From an uncultured Roseburia sp. (lineage in GTDB: Bacteria; Bacillota; Clostridia; Lachnospirales; Lachnospiraceae): a DNA stretch of 64,000 nucleotides. The translations under genes and the position numbers were made by a program. The notes below the pieces were generated by a model that saw only the letters and a program-made list of their open reading frames with translations, did not search any database and was not told the origin of the DNA. Each line of letters opens with the position of its first letter. The first letter of the stretch is position 1. This document shows, in pieces, positions 1-10,536 of this stretch. The DNA lies in contig CAMQVP010000001.1 of assembly GCA_947038265.1 (NCBI GenBank), forward strand, positions 124,968-188,967, written 5' to 3'.

Positions 1-777
1 TTCCTTTGAATTTAACTCCGGAAATTTACTCGGGCTTTGTACGTCCTCACCCTGTTTCTTTCCACGCAGGGCCGCAATTTCCGCAGTTACCTTTTCACCG
101 GGAAGATGCCCGCCCATTCCGGGTTTCGTCCCCTGCCCGATTTTAATTTCAATCGCATCCGCGCTGCGTAAGTTTTCGTCCGTAACGCTGTATTTATTCG
201 GAATATATTCAAATATGTATTTGTAGGAAGCCGCCTTTTCCTCCGGCAAAATCCCGCCTTCGCCGCTGCACATTGCCGTCTTTGCCATTGCCGCTCCCTT
301 TGCAAGCGCAACTTTAACTTCCTTAGATAATGCGCCAAACGACATATGCGAAATATACACCGGCTGATCCAAAATCATCGGCTTTTTCGCATGTTTCCCA
401 ATCACCGTCATCGTCGTGACAGGCTCATCTTCTTCTAATGGCGGCGGGTTTAACTGCGCGCCCAATAAGAGAATATCGTCCCAGTTTGGCATTGGCATTT
501 TCGTCCCCATTGCGCCGCTTATGCTCTTTCCTGTCACTGCCATTTGATGGATTTCTTCCATGTAACGGCAAGATTCATCGACACGGTATAAATTTTTATC
601 ATAATTCAAGTCCAAAGACGGTTCCGTTTTCATACTGCTTCCCTCAAAAGCCGCATTTGCCTGTCCCGTAGGCTCCTCTCTAAACTTTTCTTTCGGATTA
701 TGGCAAACCGGACAATCGTCTGGCGCCTGTTCTCCTTCATAGACATAACCGCATATTGTACAGATAAATTTTTTCAT
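1..777 (-). CDS. Rubredoxin-domain fused to glutamate synthase (GltB FMN/domain-2)-like protein; 3' end runs off the window
   Basis: Reverse-strand ATG at 775-777 is preceded by GGAGAAAACG. Manual translation gives [32 protein letters not shown], i.e. rubredoxin CxxCG...CPxC. The frame stays open to position 1 and contains [17 protein letters not shown], which resembles the GltS FMN-binding motif. It is not in the ORF track because it has no in-window stop. Confidence 0.65.
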   Translation of the reverse strand, partial: MKKFICTICGYVYEGEQAPDDCPVCHNPKEKFREEPTGQANAAFEGSSMKTEPSLDLNYDKNLYRVDESCRYMEEIHQMAVTGKSISGAMGTKMPMPNWDDILLLGAQLNPPPLEEDEPVTTMTVIGKHAKKPMILDQPVYISHMSFGALSKEVKVALAKGAAMAKTAMCSGEGGILPEEKAASYKYIFEYIPNKYSVTDENLRSADAIEIKIGQGTKPGMGGHLPGEKVTAEIAALRGKKQGEDVQSPSKFPELNSKE

Positions 778-912
778 CGTTTTCTCCTTTTCCATTAAAA
801 TTGAATTACTCTATTTTAACACGTTTTTTTCCATATTTACAACTGTTGATGATACCAGATAAAAATAAATTTTTGTTTTATGAAAAATTCCTTTCCTGTC
901 TTTTCCAGAACA

Positions 913-1929
913 CTATGCCCGTGGCGCCTCAATTAAAAATCTGGTAAACCTTCCCTTTTCACTTTCCACGGATAGCTCATGCCCCAGTTTTTCCATAATC
1001 TTCTGCGACATATAAAGCCCCATGCCCGTCGATTTATATTTCCCATTATGATGGCCGCTCCCCGTATACCCCTTTTCAAACACCCTGCGGATATCCTGCC
1101 TGTCTATCCCCTCCCCATGGTCTTCCACAAAAAGCAGAAGTTTTGCGTCCTTTTGCTCACTCCAAATTTTTAAAAATGGCGAATCACAGGCATATTTCAC
1201 TGCATTGCTGATACATTGGTCCAGTACATAGACGAACCAGTTTTTATCCGTATAAATCAAACCGTCCTCCACATCAATCTCAATTTGGAAATGCTGTTTA
1301 ATTAAAAAGAACTGGTTGTTATGCACGGACGTTTTCACACAGTCCAAAATACGGGTCGGCCTCATCTGAATGTCAAATAAACTGCTCTGCGCTTTACAGC
1401 CAAAAAGAGCCGACTTCAACTGCTGATTGATCCGTTCTAACTGTTCTTTTAACGATGCGCGCAGCCTGCTGTCCTCAATTTTTTCTGCCATCAGAAGGCT
1501 TGCCGACAAAGGAATTTTCACTTCATGGCACCACTTTGCAATATAATCCTGCAAATCACAATTCATTTCAAATTGCTCATTTAATTGTTTTTTCAGCGCC
1601 TCCACGTCGTGTTCTATAATCTCATAGCCTTCTATATTGGGAAACTCCTGATAAATCACCGTTTGAAGCTTTAAAAGCCCCTTTTGCCTCTGCATTTCCC
1701 TATGATGCTTTGCCGCATCCGCCCCGACGCATAACCCGCCTGCAAACGCCAGCAAAACGTCCAGATATACCAAATACGATATGTTTACCTCAGGCAAAAG
1801 AAATAAAAAATAGAGATTATAGCAAAGGCACAGAACAAAACAGCAAATAAACGTTTTTTTCCTTTTTTTCAGATAGCTATGCAATAAAATAACCCTGCCC
1901 TTTCTTCGTCTGAATGATCTCCTCCCCAC
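913..1929 (-). CDS. Sensor histidine kinase (intramembrane-sensing, BceS-like; 2 N-terminal TM helices, HATPase_c)
   Basis: C-terminal motifs DHGEGIDRQDIRRVFEKGYTG and STGMGLYMSQKI match the G1/G2 boxes. Two N-terminal hydrophobic helices are present. It overlaps the upstream response regulator by ~50 nt, so the exact start is uncertain. Confidence 0.8.
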   Translation of the reverse strand: MGRRSFRRRKGRVILLHSYLKKRKKTFICCFVLCLCYNLYFLFLLPEVNISYLVYLDVLLAFAGGLCVGADAAKHHREMQRQKGLLKLQTVIYQEFPNIEGYEIIEHDVEALKKQLNEQFEMNCDLQDYIAKWCHEVKIPLSASLLMAEKIEDSRLRASLKEQLERINQQLKSALFGCKAQSSLFDIQMRPTRILDCVKTSVHNNQFFLIKQHFQIEIDVEDGLIYTDKNWFVYVLDQCISNAVKYACDSPFLKIWSEQKDAKLLLFVEDHGEGIDRQDIRRVFEKGYTGSGHHNGKYKSTGMGLYMSQKIMEKLGHELSVESEKGRFTRFLIEAPRA

Positions 1930-2557
1930 AGATTTCCTTGAGTTTATTCCTTAACCTGCTGATTAACGTCGTCAGCGTCCCGTCTGATACAAACTCGTCC
2001 ATTCCCCACAGCTCCATCATCAATTCTTCCCGCAAAACCACCGACGGCTTACACTCTAAGAGCTTTCCCATTATTTTTTTCTCAGACTTCGTCAAATCCA
2101 ATTCACTCTCCTGATAAAACAACGAAAACGTATCCTGCTCAAACGAAAGCCCCGCCGCAAGCAAAACACGTTCCCTTACCTTATATTGATATGCGCGCCG
2201 CAGCGCCGCGTCTATCTTTGCTTTTAAAAGCGCAAGCCCAAACGGCTTTTCCACATAGTCGTCCCCGCCCTGCGCGATCGCCATAATTTTATCCATATCA
2301 TCATTTTTACTGCTGATAAATAAAATCGGGACGTCCGAAACTTTCCGAATCTGGGCGCACCAGTAAAACCCGTCAAAAAAAGGCAGATTAATATCTAATA
2401 AAACTAAATGTGGGCTAAGACGCTGAAAGTCTGAAACAATATCTTCAAAGCTATCCGCTTTGACTGCCTCATATCCCCATTTTTCCAAAAACTGCCTCAC
2501 TTCGTCTGCCAATGCCTCGTCATCTTCAACCAAAAAAATCTTCATTTCCCTTTCCAA
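1877..2557 (-). CDS. OmpR/PhoB-family response regulator (REC + winged-helix)
   Basis: The sequence shows MKIFLVEDDEALADEV...LLDINLP as an REC domain with a phospho-acceptor Asp. The C-terminal winged helix ends with GQGYFIA. Confidence 0.9.
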   Translation of the reverse strand: MEREMKIFLVEDDEALADEVRQFLEKWGYEAVKADSFEDIVSDFQRLSPHLVLLDINLPFFDGFYWCAQIRKVSDVPILFISSKNDDMDKIMAIAQGGDDYVEKPFGLALLKAKIDAALRRAYQYKVRERVLLAAGLSFEQDTFSLFYQESELDLTKSEKKIMGKLLECKPSVVLREELMMELWGMDEFVSDGTLTTLISRLRNKLKEICGEEIIQTKKGQGYFIA

Positions 2558-2649
2558 GCGCTTTCACTCCAATCCAAAACACGCGGCACATACAGTCCCA
2601 ATCCCCTTTAACCGCGGCTAAACCTCTGGGATAACGGCCAGACGTATGA

Positions 2650-3429
2650 TTACGTCGTATGATGCACGACTACCGTCTGATACGGAATCAAAATCCCATT
2701 TTTGCGGAACCCTTCCACCAATTCCGCGCGTATATCACTGCACGCCAGAAAACTGTCATCTAAGTTTTCCGTCCAGACCGTCGTTTTTAAAATGATCCCA
2801 TTTTGCGTATACCCTTTGACAAACACCTTATTTTCTTCTGTATTTAAGGTCAGCTTATTTGCAATGCAAATTTCCTGCATACACTTCTTCGCTTTCTCTA
2901 TATCCGCTTCATATGAAATTTCAATTTCCATAAAATTCCCAATATTGCCCGTATAGTTTGTATTCGTAATCACGGCGGAATCCATTACAGAATTTGGCAC
3001 AATACAGCTTTCCCCATTAAACTGCTGGATAATTGTATGGCGGATTGTAATATCCTTGACAATCCCCTCCGCAATTACGCTGCTGCCCTGAACCACCCTG
3101 ATTTTTTCATCTACATTATAAGGCTTTGAAAATGAAAGAGAAATGCCGCTGATTACATTTGAAAGCGCCTGCTGCGCCGCAAACGTCGCAATCGCAACAA
3201 ACAGCGAACTGCTCTGCAGCAGTGTTTTGCTTATATCCTTTGTCACTTCAAACTGCTGCGCCAAACTGTAAAGCACCACTATCACAATCAACACATTTAA
3301 AATGCTTTTAATAAACCGCAGATGCACAGAATTATGTTTCCTTGACATAATGCGGAATACCAGATTCACAACACGGTTTAAAAGCAGTTCCGCAAGAATA
3401 AAAAGCCCAATTTTTATCACACTGTCCAT
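2650..3429 (-). CDS. Small-conductance mechanosensitive channel (MscS family)
   Basis: A TM region is followed by the MscS-like pore/beta domain motif AAQQALSNVISGISLSFSKPYNVDEKIRV. Confidence 0.8.
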   Translation of the reverse strand: MDSVIKIGLFILAELLLNRVVNLVFRIMSRKHNSVHLRFIKSILNVLIVIVVLYSLAQQFEVTKDISKTLLQSSSLFVAIATFAAQQALSNVISGISLSFSKPYNVDEKIRVVQGSSVIAEGIVKDITIRHTIIQQFNGESCIVPNSVMDSAVITNTNYTGNIGNFMEIEISYEADIEKAKKCMQEICIANKLTLNTEENKVFVKGYTQNGIILKTTVWTENLDDSFLACSDIRAELVEGFRKNGILIPYQTVVVHHTT

Positions 3430-3440
3430 ACAAGAGCCTC

Positions 3441-3968
3441 CTACTTCTGATTCACTTCCCGAAGCCCTTTCAGCAGATGGATCTCAATACTCCCCCGCTC
3501 CATATCTACTTTTTTTATGCACTGCTTAATCGCCGGGACAAGCAAATCTGGAGCCCCTTCCTTCGTTATCACATAAATGTCATTTGCCGCCGACGAAATC
3601 ACGTCAGAAAGCTTCCCTAACTCCTCCCCTTCATCTGAAACCGCCGAAAGCCCAATTAAATCCGCAATAAAATATTCATTTTCCCCCAATGGAACCGCCT
3701 GATCCCTTGTCACAAACAGCTCCATTTTACGCAGCGCAAGCGCGTCGTTAATGTCGTCCAGACCTTTGAATTTTAATATCACCATGTTTTTGAAAAAACG
3801 GATCTTCTCGATTTCCATCCTTTCTTTCGACTTTCCCGTATCCAAAATCACCTGATCTAACTCCAAAAACCGTTTCGGATCATCTGTCGTTGGAAAAACC
3901 TTTAACTCCCCGCGGACGCCGTGTGTATTTGCAATCACTCCTACTTTTAATAACTCATCCATTCGCAT
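3441..3968 (-). CDS. rimM: 16S rRNA processing protein RimM
   Basis: The motif KVGVIANTHGVRGELKVFPTTDDPKRF is the RimM N-terminal signature. I trimmed the start to the internal MRMDELLK preceded by AGGAG. The tracked ORF start at 4067 is probably too long. Confidence 0.85.
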   Translation of the reverse strand: MRMDELLKVGVIANTHGVRGELKVFPTTDDPKRFLELDQVILDTGKSKERMEIEKIRFFKNMVILKFKGLDDINDALALRKMELFVTRDQAVPLGENEYFIADLIGLSAVSDEGEELGKLSDVISSAANDIYVITKEGAPDLLVPAIKQCIKKVDMERGSIEIHLLKGLREVNQK

Positions 3969-4151
3969 TTTCTCCTGCCAATCATCTATTTTTGATGATA
4001 GTATCACAAATATGGAAAGATAGCAACTTTGAAACTGCCTGTTTTCACACAGAATAGAAAACTGCATTTTTAAGGAAGCCCTTACAAATCCAGTTTCGCG
4101 AAAGCCGCCCGCCGCTGTCCAAAAAATATTAGAAAATTATATTCCCCAGAA

Positions 4152-5686
<1,535 letters not shown>

Positions 5687-5690
5687 CCTG

Positions 5691-6185
5691 TTACAAATAA
5701 AGATACGGCAGGCCGCACAAAATGCCAAGCAGCGCCCCCACGATAACGTCCTTTGGGAAATGCGCGCCGCCTGCCACCCGAATATAGGCAAGCAAAATGC
5801 CCATAGTCCCGATTGTGGCGCCTGCCGCCCTGTTCCAATAAAAAAATGTCATCGCAATGACAAAAGCCGAAAACACATGGCGGCTCGGAAAAGACTTCCC
5901 AACCGTTTCTTTCTTTAACAGCGGCTGAATGGAAAACACCTCATAAGGCCTTGGCGCTGAATATGCCTTACGAAAGACGGACAACAGCGTAAAGGAAACT
6001 GCTGGAATCAAACAGCAATAAAACAACTGTTCAAAGCGCTGGAAAAAGGCAAACCCAGCCAATAAAACAGGATATGCCAAAAACACCGCCCCAGTGATTG
6101 CTTTGTCTGTATAACGCAGCGCTGCCGCGCCATGTTTGAACTTCCGAAACGGACTGGACCATTTTTCATATTGTTCTTTTGTCAT
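5691..6185 (-). CDS. PAP2-family membrane phosphatase (undecaprenyl-diphosphatase-like)
   Basis: The three PAP2 motifs are present: K-x6-RP (RKAYSAPRP), PSRH and RVAGGAHFPKDV (SR-x5-H-x3-D). The protein is multi-TM. Confidence 0.8.
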   Translation of the reverse strand: MTKEQYEKWSSPFRKFKHGAAALRYTDKAITGAVFLAYPVLLAGFAFFQRFEQLFYCCLIPAVSFTLLSVFRKAYSAPRPYEVFSIQPLLKKETVGKSFPSRHVFSAFVIAMTFFYWNRAAGATIGTMGILLAYIRVAGGAHFPKDVIVGALLGILCGLPYLYL

Positions 6186-6237
6186 AAAACCACTCCTTAC
6201 ATTCCGTTAAAGAATAGCTTATTTCCGGCGTAAACGC

Positions 6238-6275
6238 AAGAAAAAAGTGAAAATGGAAAATCCATTTTCACTTTT
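6238..6275. terminator. Rho-independent terminator hairpin (bidirectional) after lipoprotein gene
   Basis: The perfect inverted repeat agtgaaaatgg / ccattttcact is flanked by A-run and T-run. Confidence 0.6.
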
Positions 6276-6279
6276 TTCG

Positions 6280-6801
6280 TTATCTTGTTTTTGTCTTGTC
6301 TTTCGTCGTATCTTTTGTGGCATTGCTTTCGCCTTTGCTGTTTTCATTTGTTCCGGAAACATTGGAATTATTTTTGTCATTCGTTTTGTTCGTCCCATTG
6401 GTTCCGTTCGTTCCATTTGCGCCGTTGGTTCCATTGTTCGCCGCATTTTTATCTGTGGCGTTGGTTCCATTGTTGGAATCGTCATTCTTATTTACAGTAT
6501 TCCCATTTCCGGTTGCATCGTCCACTGCGTCCTCAATATCGTTTCCAATATCTTCCGCGCCGTCCATAATGGCGTCTCCGGTATTTTCTACCGCATCTTC
6601 CACATCATCTGCCGCATTGTTCTTATCATTGGCGTTATTGTTTCCGGCGGTTCCATTATTTTTGTCTACTGCCTCTGTGCTGCCGTTTGCGCTGTTATTC
6701 GTGTCATTCTTATCGTTGTCGTCCCTTGTCCCACAAGCGGCAAATGACATTGCCATCACGCCCAATGTACAGCAGATCAGCAGTTTTTTAAAATTTTTCA
6801 T
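6280..6801 (-). CDS. Asn/Thr/Gly-rich low-complexity lipoprotein
   Basis: Starting from the internal ATG preceded by GGAGG gives MKNFKKLLICCTLGVMAMSFAAC, a lipobox signal peptide. NGTNGANGTNGTN repeats follow. Plus-strand ORFs at 6247..6976 are antisense artefacts of this low-complexity DNA. Confidence 0.6.
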   Translation of the reverse strand: MKNFKKLLICCTLGVMAMSFAACGTRDDNDKNDTNNSANGSTEAVDKNNGTAGNNNANDKNNAADDVEDAVENTGDAIMDGAEDIGNDIEDAVDDATGNGNTVNKNDDSNNGTNATDKNAANNGTNGANGTNGTNGTNKTNDKNNSNVSGTNENSKGESNATKDTTKDKTKTR

Positions 6802-6890
6802 AAAAAAATTCCTCCTTTCCTGCTCATGTATGAATCGCTGTCGGATTCCTGATATAGTTTGCTCCATTTTTATATTTTTATTCAGATTTC

Positions 6891-7247
6891 TTACGATTTC
6901 ATTTTTGGATCAAATATCAGGCTTGCCAGATACCCAAATACCAAAGCCGCCGAAATGCCGACTGCGCTTGCGGTAAACCCGCCCATAAAAATCCCTAAAA
7001 ACCCTTCGGCGTCCACCGCTTCTTTGATTCCTTTCCAAAGCGTGTTCCCAAACCCAAGCAATGGCACGCTTGCGCCTGCCCCTGCGTAATCAATTAACGG
7101 CTGGTAAATGCCCACTGCGCCCAAAACCGCGCCGCCACAGACTAACAGCACCATAATCCGCCCCGGCAGCATTTTCGTTTTCTCCATTAAAATCTGAGTC
7201 AGCGCGCAAATCAGCCCGCCTACCCAAAACGCATTCAGATACTCCAT
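6891..7247 (-). CDS. spoVAEB: Stage V sporulation protein AEb/AC family (SpoVAC_SpoVAEB)
   Basis: This 118-aa hydrophobic protein reads MEYLNAFWVGGLICALTQ...GFGNTLW, typical of SpoVAC/AEb. The start sits at an ATG after GGAGG. It lies immediately downstream of spoVAD. Confidence 0.75.
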   Translation of the reverse strand: MEYLNAFWVGGLICALTQILMEKTKMLPGRIMVLLVCGGAVLGAVGIYQPLIDYAGAGASVPLLGFGNTLWKGIKEAVDAEGFLGIFMGGFTASAVGISAALVFGYLASLIFDPKMKS

Positions 7248-7248
7248 A

Positions 7249-8280
7249 TTACGCCTCCTCTCCAATATGTTCCAACACAACCGCATGGGCAATTCCCGGA
7301 ACATTCTGCCCTTCATTAAAACTGACAGTCGAAAGCAACGCCCCTGTCGGAACAAATAAAATCCTTTTATAACTGCCATCTTTTAACTTCGGGAGATAAT
7401 GGGCGGAAAGCGTCACTGCTGAACAGCCGCATCCCGAACCGCCCGAACCAGTCCCCTGCGTTTCTTTGTCATAAATTAAAATGCCGCAGTCTTCATGCGT
7501 TCCTGAAATATCAATATTCTTTTTTGAAAGAAGATTGCATAAAATTTCCTGCCCGACATATCCTAAATCTCCGGTCACGATTTTGTCATAATCTTTTGGC
7601 TTCCGCCCGAAATCCTCCAAATGCTGCGCAATCACGTCCGCGGCGGCAGGAGCCATTGCCGCTCCCATATTCATTGAATCTTTTATTCCCATGTCTACGA
7701 TTTTACCAGTGGTAATTCCGGTAATTCTCGCTTCTCCTTTTTTGCTGGACAAGAGAAAGGCTCCGCTTCCCGTAACCGTCCAGGTAGCTGATACGGGTCT
7801 TTGATTGGCATACTCCAAGGGAAATCGAAACTGTTTCTCCGCGCTTGCAAAATGGCTTGACGTAAGCGCCGCCACGCATTTCGCATATCCCGCCCCGACG
7901 CACATTGCCGCAAGCGACAAAGATTCTCCCGCAGTGGAACAGGCGCCATATAGCCCGAACAAAGGAATTTCATAATCCATCAGCCCAAATGAAGTCGCTA
8001 TATTCTGCCCCAGCAAATCCCCTGCAAATAAATAACGGACGTCCTTTGGCTTTAAGCCCGCTTTTCCCACTGCAAGCGCAAGCGCTTCTTTTTGCAGCGT
8101 ACTCTCCGCCATCTCCCATGTGTCCTCGCCAAATTTATCATCTTCACAAATCATGTCAAATGCGCCGCCAAGCGGCCCTTCACCCTCTTTTTTCCCCACG
8201 ACAGACGCGCTCGAAATCACATAGACTTCCTTCGGAAAAGAAAGGCTCTGTTCACCTATATAATAAGTTTCTTTTGCCAT
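7249..8280 (-). CDS. spoVAD: Stage V sporulation protein AD (thiolase-like fold)
   Basis: The protein is 343 aa. The motif MAKETYYIGEQSLSF...YGACSTAGESLSLAAM matches SpoVAD. Confidence 0.85.
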   Translation of the reverse strand: MAKETYYIGEQSLSFPKEVYVISSASVVGKKEGEGPLGGAFDMICEDDKFGEDTWEMAESTLQKEALALAVGKAGLKPKDVRYLFAGDLLGQNIATSFGLMDYEIPLFGLYGACSTAGESLSLAAMCVGAGYAKCVAALTSSHFASAEKQFRFPLEYANQRPVSATWTVTGSGAFLLSSKKGEARITGITTGKIVDMGIKDSMNMGAAMAPAAADVIAQHLEDFGRKPKDYDKIVTGDLGYVGQEILCNLLSKKNIDISGTHEDCGILIYDKETQGTGSGGSGCGCSAVTLSAHYLPKLKDGSYKRILFVPTGALLSTVSFNEGQNVPGIAHAVVLEHIGEEA

Positions 8281-8311
8281 CGCTCTTATGCTCCTGTAAA
8301 TTATTTTTCAA

Positions 8312-8343
8312 TTAGTATTGCTTTTTCTTTTTAATTTATACAC
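8312..8343 (-). promoter_or_regulatory. Candidate forespore-sigma (sigmaG/F-like) promoter for spoVAD
   Basis: On the reverse strand, GTATA is followed by a 16-nt spacer and CAATACTA, ~35 nt upstream of the spoVAD RBS. This resembles the sigmaG/F -35 GYATA and -10 CATnnTA consensus. Confidence 0.25.
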
Positions 8344-8959
8344 AGAAACAGGGCAATGTCTCCTTGAGCTTTTGCATTACGCTAAAATAGCATATTTAAT
8401 TATGTAAAATTATGATTTTATGAAATTGCAATATTAAAATTTCTTTATAAGTGTAACAAAAACATAATTGTGTCCTATTTTAATTTGTAACTCTCTAATA
8501 TAAATCTGGCTATCTGTTTTAAGATTTATGAAAAACTTTTTATTTTTTGTCTTCAATTATCTGCTTTTACAAATTTCCAGAAAAACAATTTATTTTCTTT
8601 TTTTGGCGTATTTAATAACTAAAAGACATACGAGACTGTATATAGAAAAGATTATGAATTATTTATAACAACATTTGTTTAAACTACCAGATTCAATATC
8701 TTATTATAATAGATTTCAATTAACAGACTTCAATATATTCAAACAAATTAAGTTTAACTAAATTTTCAAAAAAGACCAAAACAAAATATCATTTTAGGAA
8801 TATAGAATCCGGTTATATTGACCGCCTTATGCCAGAACGCAGATTTGACCAAACTTTATATTTTACTATGAAGGGAAATAATTAAAAATATAGAAATCTG
8901 TATTCCTAACAATTATAGCCTGCTATCATACTGCGCCTAACCATGATGATATTGCAAAA

Positions 8960-9006
8960 AAGGACAGGAAAGCCCTAAATCCATACAAACTTTTCCTGTC
9001 CTATAA
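8960..9006. terminator. Terminator hairpin downstream of ilvE
   Basis: The hairpin aggacaggaaa...tttcctgtcct is followed by a T-run on the minus strand. Confidence 0.6.
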
Positions 9007-9032
9007 AAATCCTTTACTTTTCCATCATCTCG

Positions 9033-10100
9033 TTATGAATCAATATCCATCGTCCACCCATATTTGTCTTCTACATTTCCCCACTGGATTCCAGTCAGGT
9101 AATCATATAATTTCTGGGTCAATTTTCCAATCTTAAAATCATTTACTTTCACTGCATCGTCTTGATAGACCAATTCCCCAACCGGAGAAATCACTGCGGC
9201 TGTTCCTGTGCCAAACGCTTCTTCTAAGCTGCCGTCATGCCCCGCTTTCATTAAATCATCTATGGCAAGATGCGTCTCATGAATCTTGTAGCCCCAGTCT
9301 TTCAAAATATGGAGAATGGAATCCCTCGTCACTCCCGCCAAAACTGTGCCTTCAATCGGGGCTGTATAGATTTCCCCGTCAATTTTAAACATAATATTCA
9401 TCGTGCCGACTTCTTCCACATACTTACGGTGTACGCCATCTAACCAAAGCGCCTGCGCGCATCCCATCTTTTCCGCTTTCACTTGCCCTAAAATAGACCC
9501 TGCATAGTTTCCTCCGCATTTCGTAAAACCTGTTCCGCCCAAAACTGCGCGGACTAATTCATTTTCCACTAAGATCTTGACTGGGTTTATGCCTTCCGCA
9601 TAATACGCCCCGACCGGACAGCAGATTACCATAAATTTATAGCTTGTAGCCATATGCACGCCTAACGCATTTTCCGTCGCAAACATAAATGGGCGGATAT
9701 ACAAAGACGTCCCCTCCTCTGACGGAACCCATTCCCGCTCTACTTTCACGAGCTCTTTCACAGCCTGAACAAACATATCCACCGGAAATGCCGGCATACA
9801 TAACCGTTCATTGGAACGGATCATACGCTCTGCATTCATCTGGGGACGGAAAAGCTGGATTTTCCCTTCTTTTGTACGGTATGCCTTCATTCCCTCAAAC
9901 GTCTCCTGCGCATAATGCAGGGTCACGCAGGCAGGATCTAAGGAAAGCGGCGCATACGGCGTAATTCTGGCGTCTTTCCAACCGTCTTTCACTGTCCAAT
10001 CCATGACAAACATATAATCTGTCATATATTTTCCAAACCCAAGATTCTTCTGATCTGGTTTTTCCTTTAACTGTTTTGCTTCTTCAAATCTGATTTCCAT
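9033..10100 (-). CDS. ilvE: Branched-chain amino acid aminotransferase (class IV)
   Basis: The protein reads MEIRFEEAKQLKEKPDQKNLGFGKYMTDYMF...AQETFEGMKAYR. I trimmed the start to the ATG at 10100 preceded by GGAGGT. The tracked ORF starts 9 codons earlier at a GTG. Confidence 0.9.
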   Translation of the reverse strand: MEIRFEEAKQLKEKPDQKNLGFGKYMTDYMFVMDWTVKDGWKDARITPYAPLSLDPACVTLHYAQETFEGMKAYRTKEGKIQLFRPQMNAERMIRSNERLCMPAFPVDMFVQAVKELVKVEREWVPSEEGTSLYIRPFMFATENALGVHMATSYKFMVICCPVGAYYAEGINPVKILVENELVRAVLGGTGFTKCGGNYAGSILGQVKAEKMGCAQALWLDGVHRKYVEEVGTMNIMFKIDGEIYTAPIEGTVLAGVTRDSILHILKDWGYKIHETHLAIDDLMKAGHDGSLEEAFGTGTAAVISPVGELVYQDDAVKVNDFKIGKLTQKLYDYLTGIQWGNVEDKYGWTMDIDS

Positions 10101-10278
10101 ACTATTACCTCCGGTTTCATCTGTCACACTTTAACAAAACTGCCTATCTAAAATCCATTATTATACTTTTTCAAACAAGTGTCAAGACACTTTGAAGCCT
10201 CATCGGGAAATCAAGGAACCCAACTGCCCGAAGTTAGAAAAAGAAGCAATAAAAAGACAAAAATTTTCATATTTTATC

Positions 10279-10307
10279 TTGACTTTTTTCACCAGAAACG
10301 ATATTAT
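10279..10307 (+). promoter_or_regulatory. Sigma-A promoter for tRNA-Leu (TTGACT-17-TATTAT)
   Basis: TTGACT at 10279-10284, a 17-nt spacer and TATTAT at 10302-10307 lie ~18 nt upstream of the tRNA 5' end. Confidence 0.55.
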
Positions 10308-10324
10308 ATTTTATGTCAGCGTTT

Positions 10325-10408
10325 GCAGGAATGGCGGAATTGGCAGACGCGCAGGCTTCAGGTGCCTGTGGCAGCAATGTCGTGAGGGTTCAAGTCCCTT
10401 TTCCTGCA
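10325..10408 (+). tRNA. tRNA-Leu (anticodon CAG), type II with long variable arm
   Basis: Acceptor GCAGGAA pairs with TTCCTGC, the D-arm is GCGGAATTGGCAGACGC, the anticodon loop is TTCAGGT (CAG) and the T-arm reads GGTTCAAGTCC. CCA is not encoded. Confidence 0.85.
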
Positions 10409-10417
10409 TGATTTAGA

Positions 10418-10463
10418 CAGCCTTAAAGCATTGATTTCTCATTGTTTTTAAGGCTGTTTTTTT
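10418..10463 (+). terminator. Rho-independent terminator after tRNA-Leu
   Basis: The stem cagccttaaa...tttaaggctg is followed by TTTTTTT. Confidence 0.7.
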
Positions 10464-10536
10464 GTATTGCAATGCTTTCTCAATAACAAGTCTGCCCCCA
10501 TGTGTACCGTCACATGGGGGCAGACTTTCTTAGCGC

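Noticed and set aside
87-671. Tracked ORFs 87..338 (-) and 438..671 (+)
   Set aside because: They lie inside, in other frames of, the well-supported minus-strand rubredoxin-GltS-like gene that spans 1..777.
6247-6976. Overlapping plus-strand ORFs of 166, 94 and 226 aa
   Set aside because: They are antisense or alternate-frame products of the low-complexity Asn/Thr/Gly lipoprotein gene and have an implausible composition.
10100-10127. Shared MTDETGG N-terminal extension and 13-nt identity (GTTTCATCTGTCA) upstream of ilvE and of the ORF at 25880-25903
   Set aside because: Both are upstream of better RBS-supported ATG starts and use GTG/TTG. A 13-mer match is expected by chance many times in 64 kb on two strands. 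No flanking conservation is present.
10128-10320. T-box leader upstream of ilvE; purine riboswitch upstream of purE/guaB
   Set aside because: No T-box consensus (AATTAGGGTGGNACCGCG) was seen in the ilvE leader. No G-box-like conserved junction was recognised upstream of purE (37-nt gap only) or guaB. A covariance-model scan would be needed to be definitive.
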